Source: a virus
Taxonomy: Duplodnaviria; Heunggongvirae; Uroviricota; Caudoviricetes
Virus record (IMG/VR): IMGVR_UViG_3300033405_000002
Coordinates: 32,001-96,000 of that record
Direction: 5' to 3' (one strand)
Length of the DNA stretch: 64,000 bases
Both the position numbers and the translations under genes were made by a program. Shown piece by piece: positions 21,589-32,747 of this stretch. Position 1 is the first letter of the stretch; every line of letters begins with the position of its first letter. The notes under the pieces were generated by a model. The model had not been told where the DNA came from. It saw only the letters and a program-made list of their open reading frames with translations, and made no database searches.

Positions 21589-22666
21589 TTTCCTTATCCT
21601 CCTTCGCCTGAAGCTTCCAACCAATCCAATCAAAATCAATCGCGTAAGCATCACCCGTAGTGAAGCTGTGACCAATGATTTCATCCCCACGCCATGTTGC
21701 GCCTTTCGCGAGCAGATCAGTGAACTTTGGCTTTTCCCCATTGACCGTGATCTTCGGTCGGAAGTCCCCGTCGCCGTCCGCAAAGAAGGCTGTCCAGCGA
21801 GATGATCCCATGCTGCCAAGGCTCTGCCATGTAGCAAACAGGTCGTTCAGCGCGATCTCCTGCGCCTCAGTTACGTTCTCAATCACCACGGTCAGTGTGC
21901 GCTTGCTTCGGTCTCTCATACGCCTCCGTCCTCATCGCCGTCTTCGGCTTGTTGGTCACCAAGCTCTTCGGCGATCTTCTCTTGGGCCTGTGCAATGACC
22001 ATCTTCACATTCTTCCGCGCCATCAACTGATACTCCAACACGAACGCATCATAAACTGTCGGGTCGGCGAACCTTTCGCGGTAATGCTTCCACCGCTCCA
22101 TGTACGCTTCTACGGCGTAATCGCACTCGTGCAGGACGATCTCGATACTGACCGGATCGGTTGGGTTAAACTGCTGGTCGATTGTTGGCTTTACAGTGTC
22201 TTCTCGTATCGCCTTGGTCAGTTCAAGGATCAGTTCAGGATCACTCATTCCCAGCCGCTTTCGATTTCTCGCGTTGTTCCACGCCAGAAACAATGTGCTC
22301 ATCCAAGACTTTTTTCTGTTTGTCAAAGGCACCAAGCACCCACAGGAATACCGTTACGTCTCGGTACTCGCGGAGAAGGACTTCGGGATTGCGAAGCTGG
22401 TCGGCGAACTGCTGAGCCAATTCTTCTTTCGTGAACAGCGGGACAAACTTATTGTCTTTGAGGCATACGTCGGGATTCGTACTGCCGCACTGTGTACATC
22501 CTACCACTTTGTGCCCCACCATGGAAGCGCCCTTGCAGTTAGTTGGGCATGGGCGCAGGTTTTGTTTCAAGAAACGGCGGCGGTGCCGATGGATAGTTTC
22601 CTTCGCGGCGGCTATGATCTCTTCCAGCGACTTAAGCTGAATTAAATTAAGAAGCGGGTCTTTCAC
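21578..22666 (-). CDS. Three hypothetical genes (21578-21919, 21916-22248, 22241-22666)
   Basis: Coupled ORFs. Confidence 0.55.
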
Positions 22667-23327
22667 CGAGGCTTGATCCCTTCATTTCTTCGAGCCGGGG
22701 CCCTTCCACCTTGCGGAGCAAAGGCGCTTGCCCTTCTATCGGTAATACTTCATAAATGTGGTCGGCGGCAGAAGTTATCGTCGGTTGATGGGAGATGGCA
22801 AAGATCGTAAACCCCAGCTTTGACAAGGTTTTCAGCATCTCGCTGACCTTTGGTTGGTACTCCGGGGAGACGTTCGAAAACTGCTCGTCCAGTGCAATGA
22901 ACGGGGCGAGCTTGAAACGTTTGATGAGAATGATGCGAAGCAAGAAGCCAACTATATTCTGAACGCCGCCGCCGAACGATTCCATGGGATTTCCCACAGT
23001 ATCGCCTTTCTTGATAAGCAAGCTGTAGCTGTTGCCACGAGCGGTTGTCTTCTTCTCGATCAACAGACCGATATGGTCATTGTTGAACACACGGCGTAGG
23101 CCGTCGCTCACGATGCCCTCGATCTTGCCAATGCCGTTCGCACTGACGATTTGGACGCACCGATCCAGCGTGCCTACAGCTTTTACCAGATCGCTCTTTT
23201 CAGACTCCAAAACTTTAATTCTCGCTTGGAGTCTTACAATCTGATTCTGCTCATACTCCATCTGCTGCCCCATTCTGGCGACGGAAGAGTGGATATTTGC
23301 GACGCGGTTAACTAGCATTTGGTCCAT
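22647..23327 (-). CDS. SbcC/Rad50 C-terminal half
   Basis: Coiled coil, signature ESFGGG, Walker B IALDE, H-loop ISH; no Walker A. Confidence 0.85.
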   Translation of the reverse strand: MDQMLVNRVANIHSSVARMGQQMEYEQNQIVRLQARIKVLESEKSDLVKAVGTLDRCVQIVSANGIGKIEGIVSDGLRRVFNNDHIGLLIEKKTTARGNSYSLLIKKGDTVGNPMESFGGGVQNIVGFLLRIILIKRFKLAPFIALDEQFSNVSPEYQPKVSEMLKTLSKLGFTIFAISHQPTITSAADHIYEVLPIEGQAPLLRKVEGPRLEEMKGSSLGERPAS

Positions 23328-23925
23328 CGAATTCCTTCACTCTTCTCAAATACCCTAGGAATTCAGCGTAAGGCATATCCATCTTTGCCCGCTGACAAAT
23401 TTTACAACAAGGCAAAACATTCTCCGGTATATACCCTTGACCATTGTTTTTGCGGTCAAGACCGTTATACGCAAAATCGCCATTACCATACTTGGCTTTC
23501 ATTAAGTTCGAAAGAGACACGCCGCAGTAATGACAGGGTTGTTGTGTAAGTTTATTGAATAGGTTTCTGGAAATTTTCCAAACCAGACCTCGCCGTTTTG
23601 CGGAATTGACTCGATAGTCTGTATAAAGTTGAGTTTGGGCTGCGTATCCCGGCGCTTTTCTGGCGAGATCAACGCACAAACACCCACAACTTTTGGATGC
23701 GCCACTGCGGAGGCTTTTAGCGTAGACATCTTTCTCTACCCCACAGGCACATCGACAATGCCAAACAACGAAGTTGCCGCGTTTGCCAGAGCATTTCAAA
23801 ACCGTCCAGCGCCCAAAAATCTGTCCGGTTAGATCAAATCGTCTTAGTGTTCCCACAATACCAACCCACCTACTTAGAGTTTGGTAGTGTTTTTTCTTCC
23901 TTGTAGCTGACGACTTCGAACCCAC
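23308..23925 (-). CDS. HNH-type homing endonuclease (start uncertain)
   Basis: DLTGQIFGRWTV..WHCRCACG..SCGC N-terminus; CHYC..NGLDRKNN..GY...N..PCCKIC. Confidence 0.8.
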   Translation of the reverse strand: MGSKSSATRKKKHYQTLSRWVGIVGTLRRFDLTGQIFGRWTVLKCSGKRGNFVVWHCRCACGVEKDVYAKSLRSGASKSCGCLCVDLARKAPGYAAQTQLYTDYRVNSAKRRGLVWKISRNLFNKLTQQPCHYCGVSLSNLMKAKYGNGDFAYNGLDRKNNGQGYIPENVLPCCKICQRAKMDMPYAEFLGYLRRVKEFDGPNAS

Positions 23926-24384
23926 GGATGTCGATGCCGGGGACGATGGCTAATACTGTGTAGCCGTCAACATGCAGCTTGTCCAGATATGTCGGTAGCT
24001 CCTGCTTGTACACGCTGTCCTGCCTGTGCGTGCGCACTGTAGCTGGACGGCTGCGCGTGCCCTTCTTGGTTGTAACGTTCGGTGGTCCGCCTGCGTCAAA
24101 TGTCTTCTCGCTTCCAACTTCATCAATGCTCATATTGTTCTCTCTTCCTGTGGCGGAACCTCTTGACCAAGCTTGTGCAGGCGCGTAGCGATGCGACTGG
24201 CTATCTTCTCTGCTGTCTCATAGCGCAAGGCGCACTTGATACAGGACAAGTCCCACACACTCTCTGAGTCCGGCAACCGTCCGGCATGACTCCCGCAAGC
24301 GACCAAATCCATCAGCCCTAGCTTCATCATGTCTTTCAGTTCCAGATCAATGAATTCAAGTGACCCAAGTTTCGTGGTCTTCAT
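23870..24384 (-). CDS. Two hypothetical genes (23870-24133, 24130-24384)
   Basis: Coupled ORFs. Confidence 0.5.
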
Positions 24385-24397
24385 AGAGTAATACCGC

Positions 24398-24428
24398 AGA
24401 AAAAGAAAACCCCGGCTTTCGCCGGGGC
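24398..24428 (-). terminator. Intrinsic terminator
   Basis: CCCCGGC-GAAA-GCCGGGG followed by TTTTCTTTTT on minus strand. Confidence 0.85.
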
Positions 24429-24564
24429 CTCTAGCGCGTGCTTTGGAAGCTCATCTCCGTCTGCGCCCATCTTCTTGTTCTGGTGGATGTTCCTTTTTGG
24501 CGGGCGGTCCACTGCCGCCATGCTTCTTTGTCATTCGGGTCGGGAGATTGGCAAAAATAGTCCA

Positions 24565-24888
24565 TTAAGACGTGAGCGCTTCGTCCAGTGCGGCGCGGAT
24601 TTCCTTCTCTACGCTGTCAGACCAACCTACAAACTGGTTGACCCTTACGCCGTCTTTGAAGACGCAGAAGTTGGGGATTCCCCGGACGCCGTTCTCCACA
24701 GCGTACCTAGAGCCGCCTGTATCAATGTTGTGCTTAACAACTTTCGCTTTCCCAGCGTAGTCGTTAGCGATCTGTTCAATGGCTGGCGATGCGGCGCGAC
24801 ACGGGCCACACCAATCAGCGTAGAAGTCCACAAGCACTACGCCCGTGCCTACTTCCTGTTGGAATGTTTCATCGGTGATTTGATTCAT
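24565..24888 (-). CDS. trxA: Thioredoxin
   Basis: VDFYADWCGPC, GIP. Confidence 0.95.
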   Translation of the reverse strand: MNQITDETFQQEVGTGVVLVDFYADWCGPCRAASPAIEQIANDYAGKAKVVKHNIDTGGSRYAVENGVRGIPNFCVFKDGVRVNQFVGWSDSVEKEIRAALDEALTS

Positions 24889-25474
24889 ATCTTTTCCTTT
24901 ACGAATAGCTTTTTACCATCTGTAACCACCAGCTTTGTGCCCAACCGTCGCTGCCTAACTTTTTCCGCGAAACTTGCGGGTTTGGGCTTTCCTTTCAGTC
25001 CCCTTGAAATGCTTTGCTTGTGTTCTGCGGTGAGCGGCCCGTTAAGCCCAGCAAAGGGTAAAAATGGTCGGTGGAAAGCCGCAAAAGAAAAAGCGAGTCA
25101 TTGAAGGGAAAACCACCGACCCAAATGGTTACTCTACCCTTACGAGCGGCTCTAAGTTTTGCACGAACAGCTTCAGTTGGCACACCACCATCCCCACCTA
25201 GGGTAAGATTATAGCCATACCCCGGCTCATTCGCTCGATAGTGCTGGATAAAGTGTATCTCCATCTTGTCAAGTTCTTCTGACGAAAGGGCATACGAAAT
25301 TATGCAACGTTCGAAGTTCTCTTCACCGTATTTACGCAGAGCATTGTGGAAGTAATTTTTGTCTCCATACCGCACCATTCCGAGATGCTCGTTATGCCGT
25401 TTCCTCAAAGAAAACGCGGTCTTGCCAACGTACACTTTGTTGTTGATGCGATTGCGGTAAATATAAACTAGCAT
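24885..25474 (-). pseudogene. GIY-YIG homing endonuclease with NUMOD3 tail, disrupted by an internal inversion and 1-nt deletion
   Basis: VYIY..N.K.YVGKT, GYNLTLGG; NUMOD3-like tail continues in another frame to TGA at 24885. Confidence 0.75.
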
Positions 25475-25477
25475 TTT

Positions 25478-26527
25478 TCAAAACGAGCGAAAGTTCACTG
25501 CAAAAGCACCACGGATCAACCGCATCGTTGATGTCGGCCCAGACCCGCTCGATGTCGATTCAAGTGTAACATAATCATCCGATGCTTGCGAGAGTGCGTC
25601 GATAATGACGCTTGCGGTCTTGGCTTGAAGACCAAACCTGTCCCAATCACCCGTCTCCCCAAGGGAATTGCGGTTATCGCCGAAATTTCCCTTGGCGATC
25701 ACACCCTGCTTGGGGTCAATGTCAATGGTCTCACCTTCGTCCAGCAACCCAACGGCCGCGTGCAGGCAAGTCAGCAGGCGCTCGGCTGGAAGCTTAGTGA
25801 TCTCAACCCCCGGCACGTTGTAGGTGTCGAATAGCTGACTTCCCAGCGTATGCCCCTTCGTATAGGTGATAAGATCGCCTATTACCGCGCCCCAATAGCC
25901 GTTCTGAGTGAGAACCAATTCATCCACGGGCTGTCCGGCTACCATGCGCAGGAACGGCTCGCGGGGACTAAGCTTGATCGGTTGGGAAGAGATGCGCTCG
26001 CCGCCGTCCCACATGACCACAGCGCTCTTGTTGGTTGGGAGCATGAGCTTGCCGTGCTTTAGAACAGGCGTATTCGCCAGTGTGAATGGCTTGATGTTGA
26101 TGCCTTCAAAGGTCTGCTGATCGAGCGTAATGACTCGCGGCCCAATGTCATGGGTTTTGATTCCGGCCTGTTTCTCAGCAACCGTATGCACATGCGTTTC
26201 GCTGTTGGAGCCAACTTCGCTAGTGCCATACATGCGCATGATTCCACGCTCGTTAAGGCTCAACTCGATGCTGTCTTCCGGGCAGTTTTTGAGCACATTT
26301 GTGAGATGGCTGAGCGACACATACGCAGTCGGATACGCACCAAAATCCTTGGACTGAATGACGCCATCGTTGTTCGTGCGCAGAAAGAGTGGCTTCTGCC
26401 CATCCACCAACTGAACGGCAACATACGGCGCACCCTTAGGGTCAAACGCGGTGAGAGCCTTCAGTGGCTTCAAAAGATCATTCTTATTTATGAGCATAGG
26501 CGCAACAGCTAAGCACGCAACTGGCAT
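25478..26527 (-). CDS. Possible DNA sliding clamp (beta-clamp-like)
   Basis: 349 aa, INKNDLLKPL N-terminus and repeating alpha/beta pattern; dnaX present. Confidence 0.4.
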   Translation of the reverse strand: MPVACLAVAPMLINKNDLLKPLKALTAFDPKGAPYVAVQLVDGQKPLFLRTNNDGVIQSKDFGAYPTAYVSLSHLTNVLKNCPEDSIELSLNERGIMRMYGTSEVGSNSETHVHTVAEKQAGIKTHDIGPRVITLDQQTFEGINIKPFTLANTPVLKHGKLMLPTNKSAVVMWDGGERISSQPIKLSPREPFLRMVAGQPVDELVLTQNGYWGAVIGDLITYTKGHTLGSQLFDTYNVPGVEITKLPAERLLTCLHAAVGLLDEGETIDIDPKQGVIAKGNFGDNRNSLGETGDWDRFGLQAKTASVIIDALSQASDDYVTLESTSSGSGPTSTMRLIRGAFAVNFRSF

Positions 26528-26542
26528 GTAGCCTAATACCGA

Positions 26543-29500
26543 TTATACGGTAATCTGCTGCACATTCGAGTAAGCGGACGGCCCGTCCGGTCCAACGGCC
26601 TGCACCCTGAAGTAGTAGGTCAGCCCTGTGGTGATCGGCGAGATGATGCTTTGGATGCTTCCAGCGCCGATAGTCTGGAAATTCTGGAACTCTTGACGGA
26701 TGAAAATGTTCAGGGCGTGCCCCGCCTGCGCACCGTTGAACTGGTAAAGCCCAGATTGGGTAACGCTGTATTGTCCGCTGTTCACAATGTTCGACGTCGT
26801 TGGAACCAATTGCACGCCAGCGGTGATGTCGAACACACCTTCGTCCGCCGTGAAGTATTCCGCTGCCGGAACTTGGTACGAGTAAGGGGCGATAGATGGC
26901 ACGATCACAGCCGCGAGCGTGGTTCCAAGCGCGTACTGCACAATGTAAGACGTGATGAGATCGGGGCGCAACTGCTGCCATGATAGAGCGATGTTAGTCA
27001 CGCCCTGAACAATCACAGTCGTTGGCACTTGTAGCAGTGGCGGTGTAGGCCCGCCGGAGTAGGTGCTGTCAGGGTCGAACATGATTTCGCCCGTGTGGAC
27101 AAACTGGTTCTTCAGTTTGGACTTGTCCCACGTTCCGATGATTGTGTCGTTCGTCAAATCAATCAACGTCTCGTAGGTGCTGCCGGAATTCAACGATTCT
27201 GCCAAGCCAGTGTCGGATACGTTAAACGATGGGATGCTAACACCTAGCTCCAATGACGCGGTGAATTGTGTGCCGTTAGGCGTCACAGAAATCACATCTA
27301 CCGTGTAGCCGTTCAAAACAGACGCGGCGGCGCTGGTCAAGCCTGAAATTTTGATTGCATCTCCAGCTACGAAAGAGTTCTGTGCTGTAAAAGTAAGCTG
27401 ATAAGCTGGCGTACCTGAAGGGCCGGAATACTGAACGTTCGTAATCTGTGCAGTTTGGTTGGCAATCGTACCCAGCAATATTCTGCCGCTTGCGATGCTT
27501 CCCATGTTGTTCCAGCGCACGAATTGCACTTTGCTCGCGCCGTAGACAAGGTTCGATGCAACATCAAGTTCGAGCAGAGATGTAACTGCTAGAGTCGTTG
27601 TGTTGAGTTGCATGAGCAATGCACCCTCTTCACCGGAGAGCACCACCACGCGCTGGTTGCCGTTGCTCACTGTTGTCGTGATGCTTACGTCGAAAGCAAG
27701 TGTTGAATCAGCAAAGCTAAGTTCTGTGTAATCCGCAAGGATGATCTGCGTGTCCGGGTCATCCGTGTTGATGTTCGGGGCGCTGCTGTAACGCCAGATG
27801 TTGCCTTCGCTGTCAAGCACAAGCGTGTAATCCTGCTCTGTATGAACAGCGTCAAGAATGAACGCGCTGTTCGGGAGCAACAGTTTGCGCAGGAGCACGG
27901 CGGCAGGCGTGGCGGATGGGAACACCGCGTAAACCAGCACGCTCTGCGGCGAGATCACGATGTAGCGGTCGCTTCCATCCAAGACAGATGTGCGCTTCAC
28001 GCTTCTCAAGTTATTGAAAATAATGGAAATATCCAGCGGAGACCAAATCTGCGGCGTGTTGCGCAGTGAGATCGGCATGGACGAATACGCGATGCCTGTC
28101 GCGGCCCCGGCAAAATTCGGAAGTGCCGCGTCGTAAATCTGGAACGAAGTCGGTGAGAGCGATTGAGAACCGAAGTGCATGTTAAATGACTGTCCAAAAC
28201 CTGTCGGCAGGACAGTGAACGGTATACCGTTAAGGAACGCGGCGGCTCCGGTGAGACCCTCGAACCAAACAGACTGCCCAGCAACGAACGTGTTGTTCGC
28301 CGTGATCGTACCAACACCGTTGACGATAGAGATATTCGTCACAGGAGCAGACGCGCTGAAGACCGCACGAGACAACTGTAATGTGTCCGTGTTGTTCGCC
28401 GTGAAGACGTAGGCTGCAACTGGAATGTTGATCGTTGCTGTGACTGCTGGATTAACCCCATCATTGACTGTAATGCTAAACACCAACGTCTCGCCGTTGA
28501 TATTCACGCCGTTAGTTGCGATCTCCAAGAACGGGTGCGTGGTGCCCTTCGGAAGAGCCACAGTTGTGCCGCTAACCTGCGTCCACTGATACGTCGTGCT
28601 GTCATCCGGGTCGGTCACACCTTCATAAATCACAGGGAACTGCGTAGTTGGATCAGTGATTTGATCTGGCGTGATCGTGATCGTGGTGTTTCTGGCGACA
28701 TTTGTCGCGAGAGTATTTCCAGTGGTCCACTGTGGGCTTGGGAATGTAATCGTCGGATCGGCATTCTCAGGCACTAAAATGTTCACTTGCTGGAACTGGA
28801 ATTGGCTGATGGCGTCACCTGTAACCGAAGCTGAGTACGCAGAAAATCCGCCAAAGTAGACGCCAAAATCGCTACCGAATCCCGGCGAGAAATTGTTAAC
28901 AACGAGTGTGTTGGAGTTCGTGCCAGCGCTCAACGTCAGCACTTGGTCGTTCAACCACGACTCGAACGCCGTGCTTGTAGTTGGTGCGTTAGTGCTCACG
29001 AAATTGAAGCCCAATGGCGGCTCGATAAAACCTGTGCCAAGAGGGATCGGCGTGCTCAGCACGTTCGTGCCGTTGTAATACTGTTCTTGCAACTGTTCTT
29101 GCCCCGGATTTCCGATGTAGACATTCCATTGCGTTGCATCCCCAGATGCCGCAGGAGATGTCACAGTCATTAGGTAGCCTGCGGGGATAGTGTTGGCATA
29201 GATAGTGCTCGTGCTTCCAACGGTCTCGCCGACCTCGTTAAGATACGTGACGATGATCGAGAACCCCGTCTGACCGAAGCCGTAGTTGTAGTTGTAACCA
29301 AACCCTACAGTGCTTGGCGTCTGCTCCGGCAGTGATCCACCGGGAGTCACACCGACTGTTGGCGCTACAGGCGGGCCTAGAGTCACATCATAGAACATGA
29401 CCTGCTCGCCAGCAATCGGAACAATTGCACCCGCTGGTGCCGTGAAAGTTGCTGTCAACGTACCAGATGAGACTGTGACGTTGGTGATGTCGAGCGCGGG

Positions 29501-31957
29501 GTGCCGTTGAGTTACTAAGTCAGCGTAAAGGTCAATGACTGACAGACCAACCTGAAAAGCCTCTTCTGCGGGTCCAATCGCGGTGTTGACGTTTAATGTC
29601 GCTGTAGCGCCGCTGGAGTTCAACGTAACATCAGACAAGTTTGGATAATTCTCCGTCCAGATGTAGTCGAGCGGGTCAGTATCAGCGTCCGTAGATGCAG
29701 CAGCAGACAGTTGCAGATCGCCAGAGACCAACTGCGCCGCCATACCATCAAGGCTAGTCCCATAATTTGCGTGCGTAAACGCTGCGCTGAATTGGGTAGC
29801 GGACGCGGCTGTTACGGTCAACGTGACACCGTTTAAGAACTGATTCTCAGTCTGCACGAAATTGAACAACGCGATGCTTTGTCCCACTGTGAAGTCGTTC
29901 ATACAGTACACCGTGATGACGTTGTTCACAATGGTGATGCTGAAGATGTTGGTGAAGTTCGTTGAATAGAACGTCCCGTTACGCCACACGATAGCATCCA
30001 CTGGCGTAACGCTCGCGATAGGCGGCACATTGTAAAAGCTGGCGTACACCGGGAGAATAGCAGAAATGTAGCTGTAGCTTATGGCGATCTGTTGTCCTTG
30101 GTCTGCGATGTTGAACGTGTAGACGCCCGTGCTTTGGTCAACAGTGTATTGCCCTTGCTGTGGGTCTGTATCCACGGCTGTGAACGGCTTCAAGCTTGGG
30201 TAATACACCACCCCAGCATCTTCGAAGTAGTCCGTAAAGTTTGTGACCTGCACGGTGAACGGTGGGTTCGGCACGGTGACAGACGGAATCGAGTGAAGTT
30301 CCCCGGCTACAGGCGTAGGAATTTCATACTCAGCAACAACCGCCCAGAGTGACGTGTTATCAATTAGGGACTTGGTGCCACGGAGCCACGTAAAGTTGCG
30401 GTTATTGTAGAATCCCGGCACATTCGTGAGATTGAGTGTGATCGGATTTACTGAAGCCACTTCCAAGGGCCAAGCCGCCGCCGATGCCGCTGGAGGGATT
30501 GACACTGCGGTGAATGGTTCGAGCAGGTAAACCAGATTCACGCTGCCGTTCTGGGCGATAGCGAGAGTGCTTTGAACAAACGAACCGCCCGAAGTCGTGC
30601 CAAACGTCGGGTGGAATGTCCATGCGTTCTGCCCGTTTTTTACACCAAGCAAAACTGATCCTGTGATACCTTCTGGGTGATTTGACTGAGACCAATAGGT
30701 CTGACTGAGCCAACGGTTGCCGAACGCGTCACCGATAACAGTCAGGCGATTGTCCGAATAACGAGCCGAGAAAGTAGTGAGAACCTGCGGCACTTCATCC
30801 CAGCCTTGCCCGTTTAGACCGAACGAGTCGCCAAAGATCAACCCGAAGCCTTCGGCGGCATCGCCAAAGTAATTTCCAAAGTTGGAGCCGAAGCCCGAAA
30901 CCGGGAAGTTGTAACCAATCAAATTGATGGTGAACTGCTGGTCAGCCCCGGTGAAAACCTTCGGGTGAGACTGATAGTAAAGCTCCACACTCAAACCGTT
31001 CGTGAGCAAAGACACACCGTCGATCTGGTTGCCTGTGCGCGATGGGGAGCTTTCAAGAATGATTGCTGTTCCGGGAACGGCAATGTCCGTGCCTTGCGCC
31101 AACTCCACCGCGAGCAGGCTGTTGCCTACAGGAGACACGGATGGAAGCGCCGCACCGGGGTATCCGTTCGACGGAGTAATCGTTGGCTCTGTCGTTGTTG
31201 GGTAATTACCAAACGTGACGTTGGCGGTGACTTGTGTTGTCGTGGCTGTTGCTACCTGCACCAGCGCACCGTTCAAGAACTGCGCGTTAGTGAAGCCGTC
31301 CAGCAGCAACCACTGACCTTCAACAAACGGTTCCGTCATGGCTGGCGAAAGCGCCAAGGTCAACGTGCTGCTTAAAATGGTTACGCTGGCAACCGTCCCT
31401 ACTTGCAGCGCCGGATCGGTCAAAGACACCGCAACCAACGTATCGCCATTGTTTAGCACGGTGATGTCGTAGGCACTGCGGATGCGCGATCCCATAGCGC
31501 CAGTGATAACGGTAGGCCCAGTCAGAGTCATCGTGTTCACGTTGTAGGTGAACTTGATGAGATCGTTCAATTGTGGGTTGGACGTAGCGGGGCCCGTTGG
31601 CGTATCACGAGTGCCGATGATGTGAAGCAAGCCTGTCGCAGAATCAAATGCTACGGCTGGATCAAACGATGTGTTTGGCTGCGGGAAAACATAGGTCGCC
31701 ACAGGGACGGACTTTGGCGGTTGAGCGCCGAAGGATGCGCCGGGTCCGGGTGACGGGGGCACCGGATCGGATTGCAGGATGACGAAGGAATTGTAGAGCG
31801 CCCCAGTCGAAAACGCAGAGCCGAATCCAACGCCGAAGCCCGGATAGGTGCTTCGCACGTTGGAAACAATGTAGAGATTCAGGCCCGTCTCTACAAATTC
31901 GGCGTTACCTGTAGAGAGTTCCTTCCCCCACGAGGTCGTGTCTAGGGTTGTAATCAT
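26543..31957 (-). CDS. Large virion structural protein with repeated beta domains
   Basis: 1804 aa, Thr/Ser/Val-rich; repeated N.F..GQ...L.G....FLNG modules; PKD-like YQWTQVSG; FN3-like C-terminus YYFRVQAV. Confidence 0.75.
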   Translation of the reverse strand: MITTLDTTSWGKELSTGNAEFVETGLNLYIVSNVRSTYPGFGVGFGSAFSTGALYNSFVILQSDPVPPSPGPGASFGAQPPKSVPVATYVFPQPNTSFDPAVAFDSATGLLHIIGTRDTPTGPATSNPQLNDLIKFTYNVNTMTLTGPTVITGAMGSRIRSAYDITVLNNGDTLVAVSLTDPALQVGTVASVTILSSTLTLALSPAMTEPFVEGQWLLLDGFTNAQFLNGALVQVATATTTQVTANVTFGNYPTTTEPTITPSNGYPGAALPSVSPVGNSLLAVELAQGTDIAVPGTAIILESSPSRTGNQIDGVSLLTNGLSVELYYQSHPKVFTGADQQFTINLIGYNFPVSGFGSNFGNYFGDAAEGFGLIFGDSFGLNGQGWDEVPQVLTTFSARYSDNRLTVIGDAFGNRWLSQTYWSQSNHPEGITGSVLLGVKNGQNAWTFHPTFGTTSGGSFVQSTLAIAQNGSVNLVYLLEPFTAVSIPPAASAAAWPLEVASVNPITLNLTNVPGFYNNRNFTWLRGTKSLIDNTSLWAVVAEYEIPTPVAGELHSIPSVTVPNPPFTVQVTNFTDYFEDAGVVYYPSLKPFTAVDTDPQQGQYTVDQSTGVYTFNIADQGQQIAISYSYISAILPVYASFYNVPPIASVTPVDAIVWRNGTFYSTNFTNIFSITIVNNVITVYCMNDFTVGQSIALFNFVQTENQFLNGVTLTVTAASATQFSAAFTHANYGTSLDGMAAQLVSGDLQLSAAASTDADTDPLDYIWTENYPNLSDVTLNSSGATATLNVNTAIGPAEEAFQVGLSVIDLYADLVTQRHPALDITNVTVSSGTLTATFTAPAGAIVPIAGEQVMFYDVTLGPPVAPTVGVTPGGSLPEQTPSTVGFGYNYNYGFGQTGFSIIVTYLNEVGETVGSTSTIYANTIPAGYLMTVTSPAASGDATQWNVYIGNPGQEQLQEQYYNGTNVLSTPIPLGTGFIEPPLGFNFVSTNAPTTSTAFESWLNDQVLTLSAGTNSNTLVVNNFSPGFGSDFGVYFGGFSAYSASVTGDAISQFQFQQVNILVPENADPTITFPSPQWTTGNTLATNVARNTTITITPDQITDPTTQFPVIYEGVTDPDDSTTYQWTQVSGTTVALPKGTTHPFLEIATNGVNINGETLVFSITVNDGVNPAVTATINIPVAAYVFTANNTDTLQLSRAVFSASAPVTNISIVNGVGTITANNTFVAGQSVWFEGLTGAAAFLNGIPFTVLPTGFGQSFNMHFGSQSLSPTSFQIYDAALPNFAGAATGIAYSSMPISLRNTPQIWSPLDISIIFNNLRSVKRTSVLDGSDRYIVISPQSVLVYAVFPSATPAAVLLRKLLLPNSAFILDAVHTEQDYTLVLDSEGNIWRYSSAPNINTDDPDTQIILADYTELSFADSTLAFDVSITTTVSNGNQRVVVLSGEEGALLMQLNTTTLAVTSLLELDVASNLVYGASKVQFVRWNNMGSIASGRILLGTIANQTAQITNVQYSGPSGTPAYQLTFTAQNSFVAGDAIKISGLTSAAASVLNGYTVDVISVTPNGTQFTASLELGVSIPSFNVSDTGLAESLNSGSTYETLIDLTNDTIIGTWDKSKLKNQFVHTGEIMFDPDSTYSGGPTPPLLQVPTTVIVQGVTNIALSWQQLRPDLITSYIVQYALGTTLAAVIVPSIAPYSYQVPAAEYFTADEGVFDITAGVQLVPTTSNIVNSGQYSVTQSGLYQFNGAQAGHALNIFIRQEFQNFQTIGAGSIQSIISPITTGLTYYFRVQAVGPDGPSAYSNVQQITV

Positions 31958-31980
31958 TTCTCATCGCCAGCCTTCACCAA

Positions 31981-32706
31981 TTACATGTTTTGAGAGCCAG
32001 TTGATTTCGCATACCACGTGGTGAGGGTTGCGTCCCACGTGAATGTCTGGCACGAAACAGCATTGGCTGTCGCTGTAGGAGTCGTAAAGCCGTGTACGTT
32101 CGACGCCACAGTGACGGTTGATGGCGTTGTTCCGCCCTGAACCCATAGAATGGTGAGTTCTTGACCATCCTGCACACCAGCCGAAATCGTCACAACCACG
32201 CTCGCAATGTTGTTGAGTGCGACGCGAACGCTATTTCCAAGCGCTGGGTTGATTGTCGTAGATGACGCTGCCACAACCGCTTGCTTCAGCGGCGCGGTCG
32301 GTCCAAGTGAGTCAGCAAGAACCCAAGTGGTGCCGTTGTAGGAGTAGTAAGCGTTCGTGTTGTTGTCGTAAACTTCCCAGCCTTTGAGCGGGGTGTAGAA
32401 CTCCCACGCGCCGGGGGAAACGTTTACGCCGGGGGTGATGCTGGTGCCGTCCTGTGCATCGTAGGCCCAGTAAGCGATCTGACCGATTGTAGCGCTGCTC
32501 CAGCCGCCGCCTGTGCCAGCCACGACGTAAGTGTTGCCGTTGTTCACGGTCGTCAGAACTGGCGCGGTCGCCAAGTTCATGCTGATGACGTTGGCTTGGA
32601 CAAGTCCCTGCCAAGTGCGAAACTGATGGCGCTCACCATCCCCGTAAGTGTCTCCGTTTGCTGCGCTTACCATTGTTGCAATCTTTGGTCCGTTCACGAT
32701 GCTCAT
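31981..32706 (-). CDS. DUF2793-like virion protein
   Basis: G..Y.V...GGW...GQIAY...AWEFYTP..GW.VY...YYSYNGTTW. Confidence 0.7.
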   Translation of the reverse strand: MSIVNGPKIATMVSAANGDTYGDGERHQFRTWQGLVQANVISMNLATAPVLTTVNNGNTYVVAGTGGGWSSATIGQIAYWAYDAQDGTSITPGVNVSPGAWEFYTPLKGWEVYDNNTNAYYSYNGTTWVLADSLGPTAPLKQAVVAASSTTINPALGNSVRVALNNIASVVVTISAGVQDGQELTILWVQGGTTPSTVTVASNVHGFTTPTATANAVSCQTFTWDATLTTWYAKSTGSQNM

Positions 32707-32747
32707 AGAAAGTTACCCCTCATCTTAAGGTCTGGAAATCAAATTAG

